Assembly (NCBI GenBank): GCA_021513695.1
Contig: CP084166.1
Location: 2,976,001 to 3,040,000 of the forward strand
DNA from: Candidatus Heimdallarchaeum aukensis
Lineage (GTDB): Archaea; Asgardarchaeota; Heimdallarchaeia; Heimdallarchaeales; Heimdallarchaeaceae
Length of the DNA: 64,000 nt
Reading direction: 5' to 3'
In this document: positions 58,395-64,000 of the stretch, in pieces
Layout: each line of letters starts with the position of its first letter
Position numbering within the stretch: the stretch's first letter is position 1
Made by a program: the position numbers and the translations under genes
The notes under the pieces: generated by a model
Database searches by the model: none
The model's input: only the letters and a program-made list of their open reading frames with translations
What the model was told of the DNA's origin: nothing

Positions 58395-59105
58395 GTGAAA
58401 CAGTTGACACGCATAGCAATTATCTCTGATATTCACGGTAATATCTTCGGTCTTAAAGCATTCTTTGAGGATATAAAAACAAAAAAAATCGATGAAATTA
58501 TCTGTTTAGGAGATGTTGTAGGTTACTATCCCTATCCAAATGAAGTAATAGACCTTGTCAGAGAAAAATGCTCAATAACCATCTTAGGAAATCATGATGC
58601 TGGAGTGATAGGTGTTGAACCAGAATTCAATTTTAATAAGTATGCTTTAGAAGCTCTTAACTGGACAAAGGAACATATAAACGAAGAAAACCTTAACTGG
58701 TTAAAAACCCTAAAGAAAAGGGTTCAAATTGTAAGTGATAATAAAAATCTATATCTAGTTCATGGCTCACCTTATGATGTTTTTGATTATATTTATGTCT
58801 TTGATGAAAGAGATAAAAAGATGATTTTAGAAACTATAGAGTTTTTCAAAACTGATGTTTTGATGGTGGGACATACACATGTTCCAGTAAAAGTAGAATA
58901 TGATAACGGAAAGCTTTTTCTTAATCCTGGTTCCATCGGTCAACCTAGAAATGGACATAAGGGCGCATATTATGCCATTTTAGATACTGAAACTTTTACT
59001 ACAGAGTTTTACAGGCTTTTATACGACTTTAGTGAATTACAAGAAAAAGTGATAGAAGAGGGTTTACCCGAAATTCTTGCAACAAGGTTAGATGAAGGAA
59101 GATAA
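58395..59105 (+). CDS. metallophosphoesterase (MJ0936/YfcE-like)
   Basis: ISDIHGN, GDVVGY, GNHD, VHGSP, GHTHVP motifs. Confidence 0.75.
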   Translation: MKQLTRIAIISDIHGNIFGLKAFFEDIKTKKIDEIICLGDVVGYYPYPNEVIDLVREKCSITILGNHDAGVIGVEPEFNFNKYALEALNWTKEHINEENLNWLKTLKKRVQIVSDNKNLYLVHGSPYDVFDYIYVFDERDKKMILETIEFFKTDVLMVGHTHVPVKVEYDNGKLFLNPGSIGQPRNGHKGAYYAILDTETFTTEFYRLLYDFSELQEKVIEEGLPEILATRLDEGR

Positions 59106-59108
59106 TTT

Positions 59109-59510
59109 CTAATAATCATCAAAGTCGTAAGGTATTAAATCTTCTCCATACTCTTTTTCTAGTTCTCTAAGTTGTGCTTCTTCATTTTCGTGATATAAAT
59201 CATGAAGGATTACTAAAGCTACTCCTGGAGGAGCTCCAATTAAAACACTTAATTCTCTGTAATCTATTCCTGGATTTTCTGGAATAATATTAGTTTGAAC
59301 ATAACCTTTTAAATTTGCATAGTTAGCTATACTTCTTACAGCATCGATTAGATCGTTGATTTTTCCTTGAAAGCCTGGAAAATTTACATGGTTTAGTTTA
59401 TATTGCTTTATTTTCTCTCTAAGTTTTCTTTTTTCTTCTTCTCTTCTTTTCCTAAGTTCTTTTATTTTTCTACCCCTATCTTCATCAATGAAATGAGTTA
59501 AATCGACCAT
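59109..59510 (-). CDS. hypothetical protein
   Basis: 133 aa, charged N-terminus, no motifs recognised. Confidence 0.45.
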   Translation of the reverse strand: MVDLTHFIDEDRGRKIKELRKRREEEKRKLREKIKQYKLNHVNFPGFQGKINDLIDAVRSIANYANLKGYVQTNIIPENPGIDYRELSVLIGAPPGVALVILHDLYHENEEAQLRELEKEYGEDLIPYDFDDY

Positions 59511-59615
59511 TTTTTTACCCCAGCTATTTCCGACGCTCTAAGTTATAAATCGATAATAATAAAAAAAGTTATGTATTGAATTTTTTTCTGAAAGTGAAAC
59601 TTTTTCAGAATGTAA

Positions 59616-61115
59616 TCACTTAATCCAACTTTTACTCCTTTTTACGGCCTCGTGCCATTTTTCTAGCATCTTGTCTTTTTTGTCGGCATCTAGGTGAGGA
59701 GTGAATTCAATATCAATACTAAAATTCTTTTCGATATCTGTTAAATTCTCCCAATATTCGACTGCTAATCCAGCTAGGTAAGCAGCTCCTAGGGCTGTAG
59801 TCTCCTTCACTAGTGGGCGTTGAACAACAGTTTGAGAAATATCAGATTGGAACTGGAGAAGAGGATCGCAATTTGTTACTCCTCCATCGACTCGAAGAAC
59901 AGGAATATCTTTTCCAGAATCCTTCTTCATTGCGTCTATAACATCTTGAGATTGAAAAACAATTGATTCTAGTGCTGCACGTATAATGTGGTTGCTTGTA
60001 GTAGCTTGGGTTAAACCTATGATTATTCCTCTAGCAAATGAGTCCCAGTATGGAGCACCTAAACCAACAAAAGCAGGCACCAAATAAACTCCTTCAGTCG
60101 TCGGAGTTCGATTCATTACTTCTGTAGTTTGTTTTACATCTGGAAGAATACCTATTTTATTCTTTAACCAGTTTAATAGTGCACCAGTGATAAATACACT
60201 CCCTTCAAGAGCATAAGTAATATTGTCATTATCCAACTTCCATGCGATAGTTGACAATAATCCATTTTTTGAGAAAACTATATCTTCTCCTGTATTTTGT
60301 AGGAGAAAGTTACCTGTTCCATAAGTATTTTTAACAGAACCTGGTTGAAAACATGTTTGTCCAAAAAGTGCAGCTTGTTGGTCTCCAGCAGCACCAGAAA
60401 CAGGAATAGAAACAGAAAAAAGATCTTTTTTTGTTTCACCATAGGTATTCTTATCACTTGAAGGTTTAATATCTGGAAGAGCATAAATTATGTCTTCTGG
60501 TAAACCAATTGTTTCTATAAGCTCATCGTCCCAAGTCCCTTTGTGAATATTCATAAGTAAAGTTCTTGATGCATTAGAATAGTCTGTAACGTGATTTCCT
60601 GTTAGGTTATAAATTAACCAAGAGTCAATAGTTCCAATTTGTAGTTTTCCGCTGTTTAACTTATCTCTTACTTTAGGAACATTTTCAATCAACCATTTTA
60701 TTTTTGTTCCAGAGAAATATGGGTCTAGAACCAATCCAGTCTTCTCTTTAAACAATTCAGAATAGTCCTTCCTTAGGTCTTCACAAAAGTTAGCTGTTCT
60801 CCTACACTGCCAAACAATAGCATTGTACAAAGGCTTACCGTTTTCTTTATCCCAAACAACAATAGTTTCTCTCTGATTTGTTATTCCAATTGCAGAAATT
60901 TGAGAGAAATCTATTTTTTCCTTGTTTACTGCGTCTATAATTACCTTTAAAGAATTTTTTAAAATTTCTTCCGGATTGTGTTCAACCCAACCTTCATTCG
61001 GAAAAATCTGTTGATGCTCTAAATAGGAGTTAGAAACCTCCAAACCTTTCTTATTAAATATTATTGCTCTAGTTCCCGTTGTTCCTTGATCGATTGCTAA
61101 GATATAATTATTCAT
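59616..61115 (-). CDS. glpK: glycerol kinase
   Basis: N-terminus ILAIDQGTTGTRAIIF; FGGY kinase motifs; 499 aa. Confidence 0.9.
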   Translation of the reverse strand: MNNYILAIDQGTTGTRAIIFNKKGLEVSNSYLEHQQIFPNEGWVEHNPEEILKNSLKVIIDAVNKEKIDFSQISAIGITNQRETIVVWDKENGKPLYNAIVWQCRRTANFCEDLRKDYSELFKEKTGLVLDPYFSGTKIKWLIENVPKVRDKLNSGKLQIGTIDSWLIYNLTGNHVTDYSNASRTLLMNIHKGTWDDELIETIGLPEDIIYALPDIKPSSDKNTYGETKKDLFSVSIPVSGAAGDQQAALFGQTCFQPGSVKNTYGTGNFLLQNTGEDIVFSKNGLLSTIAWKLDNDNITYALEGSVFITGALLNWLKNKIGILPDVKQTTEVMNRTPTTEGVYLVPAFVGLGAPYWDSFARGIIIGLTQATTSNHIIRAALESIVFQSQDVIDAMKKDSGKDIPVLRVDGGVTNCDPLLQFQSDISQTVVQRPLVKETTALGAAYLAGLAVEYWENLTDIEKNFSIDIEFTPHLDADKKDKMLEKWHEAVKRSKSWIK

Positions 61116-61154
61116 AGTTTTTTTTTTAAAAAAAGTATTAATATGTTTTTTGTG

Positions 61155-62387
61155 CTACTTTAAAACAACAACTACTTGTTCATCTATATCTTCATTTATG
61201 TTCTCTTCGTTTTGTTCGATTCCATTTTTCTCTTGATTACCTTTTTGTGTGTTGATGTATTGTCTGTTTTTCCATTGGATAGGTTTTCCTAGAATTCCTT
61301 GAACGATAGAAGTGATTATTATAAAAACTGTAATAGTCATTCCTAAAGGATGGAAAATGTAGAAAAATAAACTACCATCTCCTCTCTTGTGCCAATAACT
61401 GAAATAGCTTGCTGAAAAACCAAAGTACAATCCTAAATTGAATAAAAGATCTATTGACCAAGCTGGATTATCAACAATGGTTTGCACAACAAAATATGCT
61501 GAAATAAAACTATACACTATCCATAATACAATAAAGAAAATTCTCCAAACAGGAAAGTTAAGTAAACCTTCAAAAATTACCTTCCTAAAACCCTTATAAA
61601 AAGACAAAAAACTATCAGGATACATTCTGGTTGAAACAAGTTTGTTAGGTTCTAGAAAATAGATTTTTTGACCGAACTCTTTCACTCTTTTAGCGAGAGC
61701 AATATCTTCAATTATTGAGCCTTTTACAGCTTCATGTCCTCCAATGCTTTCATAACCTTTTCTTGTAAAAAGAAGATATTGACCAATTGCCATATATGCA
61801 CTTTTATTGTTTTTATCTATGATAGCCTTCATAGGCCCTCCAACAAAATAACTCAAAAAGAAGTAGTATCCCACCATATATTCATACCATTTTTTCGCCT
61901 TTTGGTAAGGGAGCATAGAAACAAGAGTAGATTCAGAACCTAAAAGTTGGAAAATATTTATTTTTAATGAGCGTTCTTCATGAAATGTATCAGCATCAGT
62001 GAATAATAAAATATCTCCTTTTGATTCTTTGTAACCTAAATAACATCCATAGCTTTTCCCTAACCACCCTCTGGGGACTTCAGAATCAACAATAACTACA
62101 TCTGCATACTCATTTGCAATTTGTACTGTGGCATCTTTTGATCCCCCATCAGATACAATAATTTCGATTTTTTCTTTTGGATAGTCCAAATTTTTTAAAC
62201 TTTCTAAACAATTTTTGATGTTTCTTTCTTCATTTAGTGTGGGAATAATTATGCTTACTTTAGGAAGATTGGCATCTGTTACAGGTTTAAGTTGCCAACC
62301 TATAGCGCTTCCCTTTTGAATCCAGATTAGATAAAGAAAACAAATAAGAACTAATAATAAATACAGTCCATTGTACAACAATTTCAT
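61155..62387 (-). CDS. family-2 glycosyltransferase, membrane-integrated
   Basis: VSIIIPTLNEE…, DxD (TDAD), followed by about 4 C-terminal TM helices. Confidence 0.75.
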   Translation of the reverse strand: MKLLYNGLYLLLVLICFLYLIWIQKGSAIGWQLKPVTDANLPKVSIIIPTLNEERNIKNCLESLKNLDYPKEKIEIIVSDGGSKDATVQIANEYADVVIVDSEVPRGWLGKSYGCYLGYKESKGDILLFTDADTFHEERSLKINIFQLLGSESTLVSMLPYQKAKKWYEYMVGYYFFLSYFVGGPMKAIIDKNNKSAYMAIGQYLLFTRKGYESIGGHEAVKGSIIEDIALAKRVKEFGQKIYFLEPNKLVSTRMYPDSFLSFYKGFRKVIFEGLLNFPVWRIFFIVLWIVYSFISAYFVVQTIVDNPAWSIDLLFNLGLYFGFSASYFSYWHKRGDGSLFFYIFHPLGMTITVFIIITSIVQGILGKPIQWKNRQYINTQKGNQEKNGIEQNEENINEDIDEQVVVVLK

Positions 62388-62495
62388 TTATTATCTTCCC
62401 GTTTCAAAGAAAATACAGTTGTATTTATTTTTTCCTACAAAATGCATAAGTGCAGATATAAAAAAATTCAAATTTTGTGTTTAATTTTGAACATA

Positions 62496-63134
62496 ATGCT
62501 AATAATTTTTGATTTAGATGGAACATTAGTTCAGAGTAATATTCTTTACTCTACAATAAAAAGTGAACTTAAAGACTTGCTAAAAAGTATAATTGGTGAA
62601 GAATTATATTCTGAATTTGTTTCAATTCCAAGGTCAATTTTAGAAATATTAACCTTTATCTCAAAACATGATAATTCTGGCTTTTACAGCAAAAAAGCAT
62701 GGGAGATAGTAGAAAAATACGAGATTAAAGGATATGAACATGCTACGATTCATGATGATGTTCTACCTACATTGAAGATTCTTAAAGAAAAGGGAGCAAC
62801 TATTGCTATTTTAACAAATAATTCAAAGAAATTAACAGACTTTGCGATGAAACAGTTTAATTTGAATAAGTACATTGATTATGTTGTAACTAGAGACGAT
62901 GTTGAAAAGGTTAAACCTGATCCTGAGGGCATTTATAAAATAATGAAAAAATTCAACAAAGATAAAGAAGAAACTCTTTTTATAGGCGACTCATGGTTAG
63001 ATGCTGAGTCTGCTTTTAATGCAGGAGTAAAGTTTGCTTACTTTGGAAAAGCAAATGAGGAGACAAGAGAAAAAAAGATACCAGCTAAAATTGAAATAAA
63101 CTCTATTAGTGAAGTCTTAAATTTAAGTTTTTGA
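62496..63134 (+). CDS. HAD-superfamily phosphatase
   Basis: IIFDLDGTLV motif I; LTNNS; GDSWLD motif IV. Start at Met19 of the track ORF. Confidence 0.7.
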   Translation: MLIIFDLDGTLVQSNILYSTIKSELKDLLKSIIGEELYSEFVSIPRSILEILTFISKHDNSGFYSKKAWEIVEKYEIKGYEHATIHDDVLPTLKILKEKGATIAILTNNSKKLTDFAMKQFNLNKYIDYVVTRDDVEKVKPDPEGIYKIMKKFNKDKEETLFIGDSWLDAESAFNAGVKFAYFGKANEETREKKIPAKIEINSISEVLNLSF

Positions 63135-63195
63135 ACTTTTGACTATCCTTTTAAAAACAAATAAATAGTACTTTGAGATTAGTTTGTTGATTGAA

Positions 63196-64000
63196 ATGAA
63201 ACTTAGATTAATGTTTAGAGGAATTCTAACACTTACATTTTTGTGGGGATTAGTATTCGGATTAGTTTTAGCTATTGAAGCAGTTGTATATCTTTCAACA
63301 GATGGTTCAGTTACAGCTGCAGTATTATTCACTTATCTCCCAGTTGTAATCACTCTAGGAATTGTTTTTCTGCAATTTTTACTTTCACCATTCTTTATGG
63401 ATTTGAACCTTCGTTGGTTATATAAAATGACTTGGATTAAGCCACAACAGCTTCCTCCCCATTTGGCCAAATTCATTGCTGAACAAGAAGCAAAACACGG
63501 TATATCAATCAAAAAGGTTGGAATGATTCATGACCAAAATCCCCAAGCTTTTACATATGGCCATTTCAAAAAGAATGCTCGTATAGTTCTTTCTGATGGA
63601 ATACTAAATCTTCTTACTCCAGAAGAACAAGTTGCAGTAGTTGGGCATGAACTTGGACATATTGCTCACATGGATTTCTTATTCATGACAATAGCTGCTG
63701 CTGCTCCTGTTATTCTCTACACTTTTTATGCTTTTTCAAGAGGAGTTCTAAGAACAATGCGATATACTTCTAAAAGTGGAGGAAAAGATTCAGGAAAAAC
63801 TGCTGCAGCTATAGGTCTCACAGCTTTTGTTTTTATGATTATAAGCTATTTGTTTTATATCATTAGTCAATTCTTAGTTCTCTTTTTAAGCAGAATACGT
63901 GAATACTATGCAGATAGTTTTTCCGCTGAAAACACTGAGAATCCTAAAGGTTTGTCGACAGCTTTAGTTAAAATAGCTTATGGAATGGTTCAAAGTCAAG
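63196..64000 (+). CDS. htpX: M48-family zinc metalloprotease (HtpX-like), C-terminus beyond window
   Basis: TM helices plus HELGH zinc-binding motif (VGHELGHIAH). ORF open to the window end, so absent from the track. Confidence 0.8.
   Translation, partial: MKLRLMFRGILTLTFLWGLVFGLVLAIEAVVYLSTDGSVTAAVLFTYLPVVITLGIVFLQFLLSPFFMDLNLRWLYKMTWIKPQQLPPHLAKFIAEQEAKHGISIKKVGMIHDQNPQAFTYGHFKKNARIVLSDGILNLLTPEEQVAVVGHELGHIAHMDFLFMTIAAAAPVILYTFYAFSRGVLRTMRYTSKSGGKDSGKTAAAIGLTAFVFMIISYLFYIISQFLVLFLSRIREYYADSFSAENTENPKGLSTALVKIAYGMVQSQ

Noticed and set aside
1-64000. Scan for CRISPR arrays, tRNA/rRNA genes and transposase/integrase genes
   Set aside because: No regularly spaced direct repeats, no cloverleaf-capable GC-rich 70-90-nt segments other than the C/D-box candidate, and no ORF with transposase (DDE, HUH or serine/tyrosine recombinase) motifs were seen. 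The MITE copies therefore appear non-autonomous within this window.

Overview
This 64 kb window reads as a compact chromosomal segment of an AT-rich (~30% GC) archaeon, almost certainly an Asgard (Lokiarchaeia-like) lineage. The archaeal housekeeping genes are clear: TFB, RNA polymerase subunit P, aSUI1, a eukaryote-type GlyRS, archaeal PurA, the pyrE / pyrF-pyrC-pyrK-pyrD cluster, a porGDAB-type 2-oxoacid:ferredoxin oxidoreductase operon, Nnr, GlpK, and an SPFH/NfeD pair. Mixed in are eukaryote-signature proteins: a Rab-like small GTPase, roadblock/longin-like proteins, a RING/PHD-type zinc finger, and a Get3/ArsA ATPase with a CxxC motif. Coding density is high, with about 65 CDS and many small zinc-ribbon proteins. 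I found no CRISPR array, tRNA or rRNA. I also found no transposase.

The features the ORF track does not explain are these:
- Two 100%-identical inverted copies of a 110-bp MITE-like element with 11-bp terminal inverted repeats (TIRs) and 6-bp target-site duplications (TSDs), at 7122-7231 and 41507-41616.
- A GC-rich candidate C/D-box sRNA with a terminal stem, in the 49.7 kb intergenic gap.
- Five DegV-family paralogues, three of them in tandem.
- An NfeD protein carrying an ~10-unit His-Asp pentapeptide repeat.
- A beta-helix surface protein with a PGF-CTERM-like 'PGW' sorting tail.
- A bacterial-type class II nucleotidyltransferase.
- A radical-SAM-like/TRAM protein lacking the canonical CxxxCxxC motif.

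All functional calls rest on reading motifs in the translated ORFs. I ran no database searches.
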